A stretch of DNA of 32,191 nt from Seison nebaliae (taxonomy: Eukaryota): positions 1-32,191 of the forward strand of contig JALJEE010003005.1 of the NCBI GenBank assembly GCA_023231475.1. The letters run 5' to 3'. The stretch's first letter is position 1; each line of letters opens with the position of its first letter. This document shows positions 23,101 to 32,191 of the stretch, piece by piece. Both the position numbers and the translations under genes were made by a program. The notes beneath the pieces were generated by a model. It was not told the origin of the DNA. It worked only from the letters and a program-made list of their open reading frames with translations, and searched no databases.

Positions 23101-24353
23101 TGATTATTTATTATCTTTTTCATGATTAAATTGTTCGTTGTCATCCAAAATAGCCATCGGTCAAATGAGTCGATAAAATGCTCCTAATGTTTTCTGATTT
23201 CATTTCATTAATCTTCAGAGCTCCTTTCTCACATTGCTCGCTACGAAACAGATGTTTCCAACATTGACATTCCTCATTCGTTTAGCAAATCATTTATTCC
23301 TTAAATTCCTTCCTCTCTTTTATCTCTTCTTCTTGTTTTGATTAGTCGTCGTTATTGTTTTTGTTGTTTTTCTCGAAGAATATTTCAATTTCGAATTTTT
23401 CGACAAATACCAATTCTTCGTTGCAATTACCATTCATTTCATTCACACCATTCCAATTTATTCATGGAAGAAATTTAATAGTTTCATCCCAAAAATCGTT
23501 GGAAATATGCGAAATTTCCATTTAATTATCCAAATTGCCAATTAAAGGACCACTTCCCTAAAACCCATTTCTTTTCGTTGTTGATCAATTAATTTCTATC
23601 TAATTCCTACTTTTCCTCCAATTCAATTAAAAATTTTTTCTTTCACTAATTTCAAAATAATCATTATTTCGTCTCCTCTTACCTAATCAATCTATTTAAT
23701 GTTATTATTATTATTATTATTATCCATCATCGATATCAGTCGCCTATGAATTATTTTCAAGTGACAAATTCTCTGACTTGCTACTCCCCAGTCATTTGTC
23801 TCCAATTGGGACAATCAATAACAGTTTTTCGGTTCAGACAAAAAAAAATTGATTAATTTTCTTTTCTGAACTAAATAAATTCAGTTTTAGGATAGAGATA
23901 AATGAGATTGAGGGTAGACATCAGAAGAATAGGTATCGAAGATAAAGAATAGCTTGTGTGGTGTACATTGGACGAAGAGAAATGTCGATTGTCCTTCCTA
24001 CAAATCATTTCAACACTTCTTTCCAAAAAGAGACAGACACAACGAGAATTTCATGGAAGTATAAACATAAAGAAAAATTTATTTTCAACAACGTCCTTTT
24101 AATACAACAAAATTTAATTATAATAATTTAATTTTTTTAAAAACTTTTCAAAACTCATTTATATAATTATTGTTATATTATATTAATTTCTAATTTATAT
24201 TCAATTCATTCATTATAATTCGATAGATAATCTGTTTGAATAGATTTCAATAAAATTAATAACGAAATCATAAAAACATAATATTTTTCGTGTAATTACT
24301 ATGAAATATAAAAATAACAATTCTCAACAACAATAAAAAGGAAAGGAAAAAAT

Positions 24354-27300
24354 ATGAAAATTTTCCACAAATTATTATTGTTCATTCTCTTGAATGGATT
24401 GAGTAAATCCATTAACAGTTTAATGTGTCGGAAACCATGTAGTTGTGGTGTGAAGCAACACGGCCTATCTTATATCTATTGTTCTCATCGAGCCTTGAAG
24501 AAAGTGCCACAATTCCATACCTCAAGTGTTTTCTTCGAAGAATTAGTATTGAATGGAAATGAAATAAAGAGAATTGAGAAGAATGCATTCAAAGGGATTA
24601 AAGTACACAGATTGAAAATCGAAGATAATCCCATCGAATATATCGACGATGAAGCATTCGAAGAATTGGCGAATAATTTAGACGAATTAATCATCGACGT
24701 CAATCCATCATCATCAATTCGATCAATTCCATTATCGATACAAAATAAATTACAGAATTTGAAGAAACTCCAATTGAGAGGTTTCAATTTCTCCGAGACT
24801 CGATTAGAGAATTCGTTCAAGAAACTCATCAAATTAAATACTTTATCACTCATTAATTGTAACGTTCGACAATTGTCGTATCGAACATTTGCTGATCTCC
24901 AATCAACTCTCTTACATTTAACCATTTCTCATAATCATAAACTTCTCAAATTTCCGACAGCTGCAATTCGTCGATTGAGTGGAAAGAATTCTCAATTGAT
25001 CAAATTGGATTTGAGTCATAATCGAATTGAAAAGATTACGGATAAATCGTTTGCATCACTCAAAAATTTGAGAGTTCTCGATTTGAGTTACAATGGTATT
25101 TCATCAATTTCAAATTTGGCATTCGGTCTGGGAAAAAATGTTCCAGTTCTTCAAAAATTATTCTTACAAAATAACGGTTTAGATCACATTCCTTCAGGCT
25201 GGTTACATCGATTGAGTAAGACGATTGAAGAATTAAATTTGAATTTCAATCGAATTTCTTTTATCGAACAAAATTCTTTTCTTCTCAAACATTCCCAACA
25301 TCAACATTCGTCACGTAGATCGAATTTCAATGATCGTTCGTCATCAATCTCGAAAAATGAAAAATTGAGAAATAAACAAAAGAAGAATTTGGATGAATAT
25401 AAAAAATTTGAAGTACTCTCATTAGAAGGTAATTCCATTACGGAAATCGAACGTTTCGCCTTCTTCGGATTGGGACGATTGAAACAATTAAATTTAGATC
25501 GTAATTCATTGAAAGTGTTGAGGAAAGAGACTTTCGCAGGAATGAGTTCCATCGAATTAATTTCATTATCGAGAAATCGTAAATTGAAATTGGAGAAAGA
25601 TGTTTTCAATGGAATGAAATTGAGACATTTATATATGTCCTCCATCAGTTTGACGAATAAGAACGAGCAAATATTCGATGAATTGAACAAATTGGAGAAT
25701 TTGGAGAGTCTAATCATTTCCTCGAATTTATTATTTGAATTACCGAAAAAACTATTTTTAAAAAATTTGAAAAAATTAGATATTTCCAAAAATCGTTTAT
25801 GTTCATTCGATGTGGAATGGTTCGAAAAACACAAACAATTGACTTATGTGAATGCGATGCAAAATAAAATTTTATGTGATTGTCGATTGAATCGTTTCAT
25901 TAGATATTTCCAAGAGAATCGTATAAATGGTACAAAGAATTTCGGTAGTTGTTATCTACCGAAGCAAATGAAAAATAATTTATTGGAGAATGTTAAGATC
26001 GAAGAATTAGATCAAGTTTGTCACCAGTTTGCTAATTTATCGAGAGATTATGGAGAGTCGTTGAAATTGTCATGTAAATGTCATCAGAAATTGGTGGAGT
26101 GTCGAAAGGAGAAATTGAAAGTGCACAACAAAAAAGAGATATTTGAAACGATTCCATCAAATACTCCAGTTTTCCCATCAACTGGAACGAAAAATAAATT
26201 ATCTTCTTCTATTTCCATTTCATCACGATTAATGAGTGAGAAGAAAAAAGAATTGAATCGAGAAATTTCCGGAAATAATTCATCTTATTTATTAGTGAGT
26301 ATGAAAGAGTTCCATGTGGAGATGAATAAACGGAATAATGATTCGTATATCGTGGGATGGGAGATCGGTGTGATTGGTGAGAAATCAATAAAACGGAATG
26401 ATATCAATGAATATTGGCCATTTATCGATAAGAATCGATTGAGAGAAGAAGAAATTCTCGACACAAAATTACAATACGAATCGATCGATGTGGAAGTGAA
26501 TGGAAGACGGAATGGCAGTGAATGGTTATTGACGTCATATTTAAATGGACAGATACCGATCGGATATTTCGTATCGATAACTGATTATTCGAGAACGAAT
26601 AATAATTTGGGTGATATATCAAGAAATCAATCGAAAGACGGAAATTATTATTATAGATATATTACCGATTTGTTCGATATGAATCATATCAATTTGGAAT
26701 TAAATAATATTTCTTTATTACTCAATTCAAATAAAGAGGAAAATTCGATGAATGGAAATGTTGAGAATGAAGTGAAACGATTTGACGTTTGTCTTCATTT
26801 GAAATTGGAAGCGACGACAAATTTGAAAGAGGAAGATAATGGAAAAAAAGAAGAATTGATATTGGCATGTCGATATATTGACAATGGAATGAGTAAATCA
26901 ACTTTCGCTCATCAGGTCAACGAGAAATATGAAGGAAAGAAGAAGAAAGAAGAAGTGAAAGGATTGATGGATAATAATTCGATGATTTATATGATTTGTG
27001 GTATCGTACTCATATTGATATTCTTCTTCCTACTGATATTAGTCATTATTCATTTTTTGAAACGATACAGAAAATACTATGATACTTCACACACGTCAAA
27101 TGGAAATAATCGAAAATTTTATTTGAATTGTTGTTGTTATATGAAAGAAGTTGGAGATCGATCGATTGATATGAGAAAGAAAAAACTTTATTGTTGTTGT
27201 TGTTCATTAGGCGGTTCGACAATGTTCGGATTTTTAAAAAAGAGAATTGAAAGGAAATATTCTTCTTTCGCATCAACTAATAAATCGATGAATAATTCGA

Positions 27301-28553
27301 ATACAACAACGACTGCGACGACATCGAGACAATTAATTCAGAAAGGCGATTTGAATGAGAATCATCATTTCCAATATTCGAATGATAATCAAATGAATTA
27401 TCGTCAAACAATATCATCTTCTTCCGTCGAATTAAAATCTTCTACGAATTCTTCATCGTTCAAATTATCTACAGATAATACTCATCAATCGACTGATAAT
27501 TATTTGAATGGAACGATCAATCAATTATCATCAGCCTTCCCCCAATCCACATTAGTTGCAATTAAATCCGATCAATTAAATTTTCTATTAAATCAACAAC
27601 AACAACAACAACAAGATATGCAACAAAATATTTTATATCTCCCAAACTCGGGAAATTATCAAACAATGAATCAACCGAATGGTCAAATCATTTCGATGAA
27701 TAATGCACAGCAAAATGAATTAATGCATCAAATGCCTACAACAACATTAATACTAAACAATGATAATCAAAAACAATTTAATATACAACAACAACAGCAT
27801 TCCATTGTGACACAAAATCAACCGTCAGTTAATCGATTAATTTCTCAAAATAAAAGTTTCAACGAATTGAATTATGTTCCACATTCATTTCGTTCGTCAT
27901 CACATAATCTATCGTCGTTAGACAATGAAATTAAATTATCGTCCGATGAACAAACCACAACGTATAACCGATTACTGAAAACAACGAAAAATAAATCGAC
28001 GAAAACCAAACCAACATGTTCGAGGAAAAAGAAGAAGAATAAAAAGAATAATTCCAAATCTAAATCCATCGATTCACATATTGACAGGAATTTAATCGAT
28101 ATCCAATCATCTTCTAATCAAACTGATATTCGTCAACAACAACAACAACCTCAATACGTCTGTTTACCACCTCAAGCCATGATTATGGTTCCAAACTCAC
28201 AATCGAATTATTTAATTTTACAACAACAAGATCAACAACAACAACAACAACAACCATCACAAGATCAACCTCATTTACAGCAACAGCAACAACAACAACA
28301 ACAACAATTAATTGGTGATCAACAAACGAAGAAATATAAAATATTATCAAACGATCCAAATTCAAATAATACTTCACAATTTGAATCTCATTTCTATTCG
28401 GAAATTCCTTCTTATGGCATGTTCCTCTCAAACAACAATAATAACAATAATAAACCGAATAATATATCACGTCCGAACAATCATCAAATGGACAATGAGA
28501 ATAGCACAAATTCAAATCAAGTTCAAAATGAATTGATAACTTTATTCAGTTGA
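24354..28553 (+). CDS. Extracellular leucine-rich-repeat single-pass transmembrane protein, 1399 aa, coding region intronless
   Basis: Signal peptide MKIFHKLLLFILLNGLSKS; LRRNT CRKPCSC...IYC; many LxxLxLxxNxI repeats; LRRCT NKILCDCRL...GSCYLP...C; TM helix at nt 26982-27059; long Q/N/S-rich cytoplasmic tail; no TIR or kinase domain seen. Orthology not assignable by eye. Confidence 0.93.
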   Translation: MKIFHKLLLFILLNGLSKSINSLMCRKPCSCGVKQHGLSYIYCSHRALKKVPQFHTSSVFFEELVLNGNEIKRIEKNAFKGIKVHRLKIEDNPIEYIDDEAFEELANNLDELIIDVNPSSSIRSIPLSIQNKLQNLKKLQLRGFNFSETRLENSFKKLIKLNTLSLINCNVRQLSYRTFADLQSTLLHLTISHNHKLLKFPTAAIRRLSGKNSQLIKLDLSHNRIEKITDKSFASLKNLRVLDLSYNGISSISNLAFGLGKNVPVLQKLFLQNNGLDHIPSGWLHRLSKTIEELNLNFNRISFIEQNSFLLKHSQHQHSSRRSNFNDRSSSISKNEKLRNKQKKNLDEYKKFEVLSLEGNSITEIERFAFFGLGRLKQLNLDRNSLKVLRKETFAGMSSIELISLSRNRKLKLEKDVFNGMKLRHLYMSSISLTNKNEQIFDELNKLENLESLIISSNLLFELPKKLFLKNLKKLDISKNRLCSFDVEWFEKHKQLTYVNAMQNKILCDCRLNRFIRYFQENRINGTKNFGSCYLPKQMKNNLLENVKIEELDQVCHQFANLSRDYGESLKLSCKCHQKLVECRKEKLKVHNKKEIFETIPSNTPVFPSTGTKNKLSSSISISSRLMSEKKKELNREISGNNSSYLLVSMKEFHVEMNKRNNDSYIVGWEIGVIGEKSIKRNDINEYWPFIDKNRLREEEILDTKLQYESIDVEVNGRRNGSEWLLTSYLNGQIPIGYFVSITDYSRTNNNLGDISRNQSKDGNYYYRYITDLFDMNHINLELNNISLLLNSNKEENSMNGNVENEVKRFDVCLHLKLEATTNLKEEDNGKKEELILACRYIDNGMSKSTFAHQVNEKYEGKKKKEEVKGLMDNNSMIYMICGIVLILIFFFLLILVIIHFLKRYRKYYDTSHTSNGNNRKFYLNCCCYMKEVGDRSIDMRKKKLYCCCCSLGGSTMFGFLKKRIERKYSSFASTNKSMNNSNTTTTATTSRQLIQKGDLNENHHFQYSNDNQMNYRQTISSSSVELKSSTNSSSFKLSTDNTHQSTDNYLNGTINQLSSAFPQSTLVAIKSDQLNFLLNQQQQQQQDMQQNILYLPNSGNYQTMNQPNGQIISMNNAQQNELMHQMPTTTLILNNDNQKQFNIQQQQHSIVTQNQPSVNRLISQNKSFNELNYVPHSFRSSSHNLSSLDNEIKLSSDEQTTTYNRLLKTTKNKSTKTKPTCSRKKKKNKKNNSKSKSIDSHIDRNLIDIQSSSNQTDIRQQQQQPQYVCLPPQAMIMVPNSQSNYLILQQQDQQQQQQQPSQDQPHLQQQQQQQQQQLIGDQQTKKYKILSNDPNSNNTSQFESHFYSEIPSYGMFLSNNNNNNNKPNNISRPNNHQMDNENSTNSNQVQNELITLFS
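28221..28307 (+). repeat. (CAA)n microsatellite encoding polyglutamine tracts in the LRR receptor tail
   Basis: Interrupted CAA/CAG runs giving QQQDQQQQQQQ and Q10; further CAA runs near 27594 and 28134. Confidence 0.9.
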
Positions 28554-28989
28554 TCTCAAATTAACAAATAATAACAGTCAAATTAAATTATTTTCCCGGT
28601 AATAATTAAACCAACTGCCCTACTTCATTCTCTTTATCTTTTATCTTTTTCCATCTAACATACCATTCAGCGATTGGCATCTCCTAAAATTTCCAATTGA
28701 TCTTTCCTCTATTTCGCTATTTCATTGAATATATTTCATTTTCAATTTTCGTTTTCAAAAGTCGTTTATTTCAATGTTAAAGATTTTTCGTAATAAACAT
28801 TTCAAAAACATTTCAACATTTTTCAATTCTCTCAAACTTAATACAGTGCGTAAAGAAATATTTTGGTATTAAGTCGGATGTCATAATTTGAATGTCAATT
28901 TGACAATCAATTCGAACCGAATTATGATATTTGAATGAAATTAAATCTTAATTATCGAAATTCAAAACTTAAAATTTCATCACAACTCT

Positions 28990-29706
28990 TTAATCGCCTT
29001 CAATTTTATTAAGATCAACTCGGGGACTTCGTTCTCTTTCCTCCACCAACGGAACGATAATGATTGTTTTCGTGCTTTTATTCGATTTAGTTCTTTTCAA
29101 AATTCCTCTCCATCCGTAATTCGATTTTAAACGTTCGTTATTCTTAATTAAATATAGAGTAGCCACAAGGAGAACCACAGCTATTGACATAGCAATGCAA
29201 TGAATGAAGACGGAGATGAGCCAAAGACGAGTTAAATTTTTGTTTCCATTCATTTTATAGAGTCTATCCAATTTCGTCCATTCTGCACTTAATCCAGAAA
29301 TGTTTAATAATATGAACGTGCAAATAAAAGCAACGAACTAATAGAGAATGATAATATGAAATTTGAATTTTAAGAAAATTATTTAACGATATTAAAAGGA
29401 GTAGGAATTCGTTTTTTGATCGCGAAAAATCCACAAAAGAATACCATAAAACTTACAATTCCACCAACGATGAAAAATGATGCCATAATCGTATTAACAA
29501 GGTACATAAGTTTGTGATTCATATCCATATCGGTCACTAATAAAGCACTTACTAGTTTGGAAGTGGAAGAGCAACCGGCGAAATAGACACCTAAAATGAA
29601 AGTGCCAAGTCCAAACACCTTCAACAACATATCACAATGTTCTGCTAAATATGCTACTAACAAATTGTACGCCGTTTATCACATGAACGGTATTGAAATC
29701 ATTCAT
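28990..29706 (-). CDS. Tetraspanin-like four-TM protein, 207 aa; exons 29706-29662, 29618-29388, 29337-28990
   Basis: Introns 29661-29619 (43 nt, GTTAGT...AAG) and 29387-29338 (50 nt, GTTAAA...TAG), both phase 0, join two ORF-track fragments into MNDFNTVHVINGVQF|VFGLGTFILGVYF...FFIVGGIVSFMVFFCGFFAIKKRIPTPFNI|FVAFICTFILLNISGL...LWLISVFIHCIAMSIAVVLLVATLYLI. TM1 N-x6-G-x6-G and TM2 G...F-x-G-x-x-A-I resemble tetraspanins. Confidence 0.7.
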
Positions 29707-29763
29707 TGTAGAATGAAAGGAAAACTTAATGAAAATTATTTAAAATTGAAAAATCAAATTTCT

Positions 29764-29798
29764 AATGAAACCGAATTAACAAAAACTCCATTTATATA
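29764..29798 (-). promoter_or_regulatory. Candidate TATA box plus initiator for the tetraspanin-like gene
   Basis: Minus strand TATATAAA at 29798-29791 and TCATT at 29768-29764, with the A 32 nt from the first T of the TATA box (canonical spacing) and 60 nt upstream of the ATG. The upstream gene's candidate AATAAA lies at 29838-29833. Confidence 0.4.
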
Positions 29799-29973
29799 AC
29801 CGAGCACGTTCGTCAATATTCACAATTATTCATTTATTTCTCTTTAGGAATTATTGATAATTCTTTTCAAAATTCCTCTCAAAATTTTTACTTTAACAAT
29901 AACGATAATATGTTCAAGAACTGAAGAATAACAAATTGAATAAATAAAAAGAAATAAAGAAAATTGTTTAAAT

Positions 29974-31515
29974 TTAAGTTCGTTTCAATTTCTTCAACGA
30001 ACAATTTCTCGGAGATTTCGATCTTTTAAATTTTCTCTCACTTTCATTTCTCGTCTTTCCATGTTCTTCCATCGACAAATTTGTTTTCTTCCAATTTTCA
30101 AATTCATTTGTCAAATTATTTTCATCAGGAATCTCCTCATCGAACTTCCCATCTAAGGCTGAAAGAAATATGTCATTCAAATTGATTTTATTTACTCTTT
30201 TCTCATTGTTAACAAATGTGACAGGAATATATCTTTTATTATCATCTTTCAGGTCGTTGGGTAGATATTTGAAGAGGATACAACTCAATTCGTTTGGTGG
30301 AACATGATGTCGATTAGTTAGACGTTTCGATGTACAAATCAATTGGTCATTATCATTATTTGTTGTGAGTGTTGGAAGAGAAGTTGATGGTTTATGATAT
30401 AGATCGATATTTCCGATTAATTTCATTTGAATATTAAAACAACGAATATTGAATTGTTGTGAGATGTTGATATGATGTAATGGAGTTAATTGATTGAGTT
30501 GATTAATTAAAGAGAAACAAATTTTTCCATCCATCGATGAAGTAATGATTAGTGTTTGATCATAATTGAAAATTCCTTCATGAATCATTATATCGTTGAC
30601 GGCTTGTTTATGGATTGATATGGATGATTTATTTCCATCAACCATTGTCATTCCTTCTTGGAATTTCTGTTGAATGATATCCATACATCCATTTACATCA
30701 CCACACAAAATTTTAATTTCATCCGTTTTGAATGGAGAAAAAATATAATTGAAAATAGACGGTCTCGAATTGAATGTTAGAAGGAAAAGTTTTGTTAATT
30801 CTTTTAATTTTCCTTCTCTCTCAATCATCTCCCAACAAATAATCGAATGATCTTCTCCCAATGATAATAAATAATTGGTAGAATCGATAAATCTCACTTG
30901 TTTGATGGAACTAGTATGAGCGAGTGATTTCGATAAAATATTCCTCCATTTAAAACTTCTCAAATCGACACCTCTCTCTTTAACATTCTGATATTCAATC
31001 ACCAATTCTTCTACTGATACGATTGATAAAGTTCCCATTTGATTACCGAAACATAAAATTGTCGATGATTCATTCACCCTTTTCGTCTGTAGAGATGAAA
31101 TTGTTGCGAATGTTTTCATTTCAAATAATCTTTCACCTCGAACACTTTCACAAATCAATAAACCATTCTCTGAAACGACCACAATGAAATGATTCTCATT
31201 ATTGGCATGAACAATTCTCGCAGTTTCATTCAAAAAAATCTTCCTCGATTCTCTATTGAATTGTTTCAATGACCAAACTTCGATGTATTTTCGTCCGTTC
31301 ATCGGAATATTGAGAATCATTTCCTCTTCTTGCCATGTCTTCCAAATACACAAATCCGGAAGTGATTTCGATAGGGGAAATGAAATGTTGTCTGTTATCA
31401 TGTTCAGTTTCATTTTAATAATTCTCTCATTCATATCAATGACACATAAATAACTTTCATTCTTATTCAACGATTCGTTGAATCCATCACAACGAATCAA
31501 GATATCATTATCCAT
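29974..31515 (-). CDS. WDR18: WD40-repeat protein, 513 aa, probably a divergent WDR18/IPI3 (Rix1/rixosome subunit)
   Basis: Clear WD blades AHTSSIKQVRF...LLSLGEDHSIICWEM and IHKQAVNDI...IITSSMDGKICF. Collinear resemblance to WDR18 as recalled: GRKYIEVWSL...RKIFL, ICESVRGERL, LFLLTFN, ILCGDVNG, KPSTSLPTL. The WD40 call is firm; orthology is moderate. Confidence 0.65.
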   Translation of the reverse strand: MDNDILIRCDGFNESLNKNESYLCVIDMNERIIKMKLNMITDNISFPLSKSLPDLCIWKTWQEEEMILNIPMNGRKYIEVWSLKQFNRESRKIFLNETARIVHANNENHFIVVVSENGLLICESVRGERLFEMKTFATISSLQTKRVNESSTILCFGNQMGTLSIVSVEELVIEYQNVKERGVDLRSFKWRNILSKSLAHTSSIKQVRFIDSTNYLLSLGEDHSIICWEMIEREGKLKELTKLFLLTFNSRPSIFNYIFSPFKTDEIKILCGDVNGCMDIIQQKFQEGMTMVDGNKSSISIHKQAVNDIMIHEGIFNYDQTLIITSSMDGKICFSLINQLNQLTPLHHINISQQFNIRCFNIQMKLIGNIDLYHKPSTSLPTLTTNNDNDQLICTSKRLTNRHHVPPNELSCILFKYLPNDLKDDNKRYIPVTFVNNEKRVNKINLNDIFLSALDGKFDEEIPDENNLTNEFENWKKTNLSMEEHGKTRNESERKFKRSKSPRNCSLKKLKRT

Positions 31516-32063
31516 TCTTCAACTATCTCACTCAATCTTTCCTCGCCCACACTTTCCAAATATCATGCTAAATTTTTGAAATTTATTTAATTCAAAGAAA
31601 ATTATACTATTATCATTAAGTAGTCTCTATGATAACATTCTTAATTAATTCATTAACAAATCTTATTTTGATCAATATTTTAATATATGCGAAAATTGAG
31701 GTTCTAACTAGTGTAGGTAACAAGGGAACATTCACATAAAGGACTCGGAAACCCAAAAAATTTTTATACCACCTTGTAGACTCTTCGGTAGACTAAAAAA
31801 CTGCGCTATTTCCGCATTCAACATTATTAAATTCATTCCAATGGTGAAATTGCAGATGTTGATTTTTGTGCGAAGCTTTCACCTGCGATATTATTTTCCT
31901 ATATATTAAAATTTTTAAGCTTAGTAGTCTTTGAACTTTCACTTGCAACAATAATACTGTGAACAGTGAACACTAAATTTCTTAAAAATGAAACTAACTT
32001 GAATTGACGATAACAAGTTGCATTTCGACAGTTCTATATATACTAAAAAGGAATCACGGACTT

Positions 32064-32191
32064 TTCCTCACCCTATATAAAATTTTCCAAAATTAGCAGC
32101 GAAACGGTGATTTCCTCACCCTCTTTATCGGTGACTTCCTCACCCACTTTTTTCATTATGGAAATTTCCTCACCCACTTTTTTCATTATGG
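32064..32191. repeat. Array of TTCCTCACCC motifs ending in a 30-nt tandem repeat, truncated at the right edge
   Basis: TTCCTCACCC at 32064, 32112, 32136 and 32166; 32136-32161 is identical to 32166-32191; GGTGA-N5-TCACC palindromes at 32106-32120 and 32130-32144. Confidence 0.85.

Noticed and set aside
24485..28536. Antisense and alternate-frame ORFs within the LRR gene
   Set aside because: Shadows of a long coding sequence and its CAA repeats.
28842..28866. TACAGTGCGTAAAGAAATATTTTGG, resembling a Tc1-type TIR start
   Set aside because: No matching inverted end or transposase nearby.
32064..32191. CRISPR-like reading of the terminal repeats
   Set aside because: No unique spacers of constant length, no cas genes, eukaryotic context.

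Overview
AT-rich eukaryotic (animal) genomic DNA, not prokaryotic; most ORF-track entries are exon fragments or noise. Left block (1-5 kb): a Tc1/Tc3-like transposase remnant running off the left edge, three tRNA genes (Gln-UUG, Gly-GCC, Cys-GCA) with a decayed FLYWCH/MULE-like fragment among them, then FAM136A (-) head-to-head with a spliced GTSF1/Asterix-like double CHHC zinc-finger gene that the ORF track only partly shows. That gene stops 81 nt before, and in frame with, a four-exon TRMT10(B-like) tRNA methyltransferase. Middle (5-24.3 kb): about 19 kb with no recognisable gene. Right block: an intronless 1399-aa LRR single-pass receptor (+), a three-exon tetraspanin-like 4-TM gene lacking the large extracellular loop (-), a divergent WDR18/IPI3-like WD40 gene (-), and a repeat array at the right edge. 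Best leads: (i) the GTSF1-TRMT10 tandem (possible operon/trans-spliced dicistron or fusion) with an identical 12-mer before both start codons; (ii) all seven inferred introns are short (43-82 nt) and start GTT rather than GTR. All gene models and family calls come from manual translation and recalled family motifs; no searches were run. A compact invertebrate, possibly spiralian, genome is an inference only.
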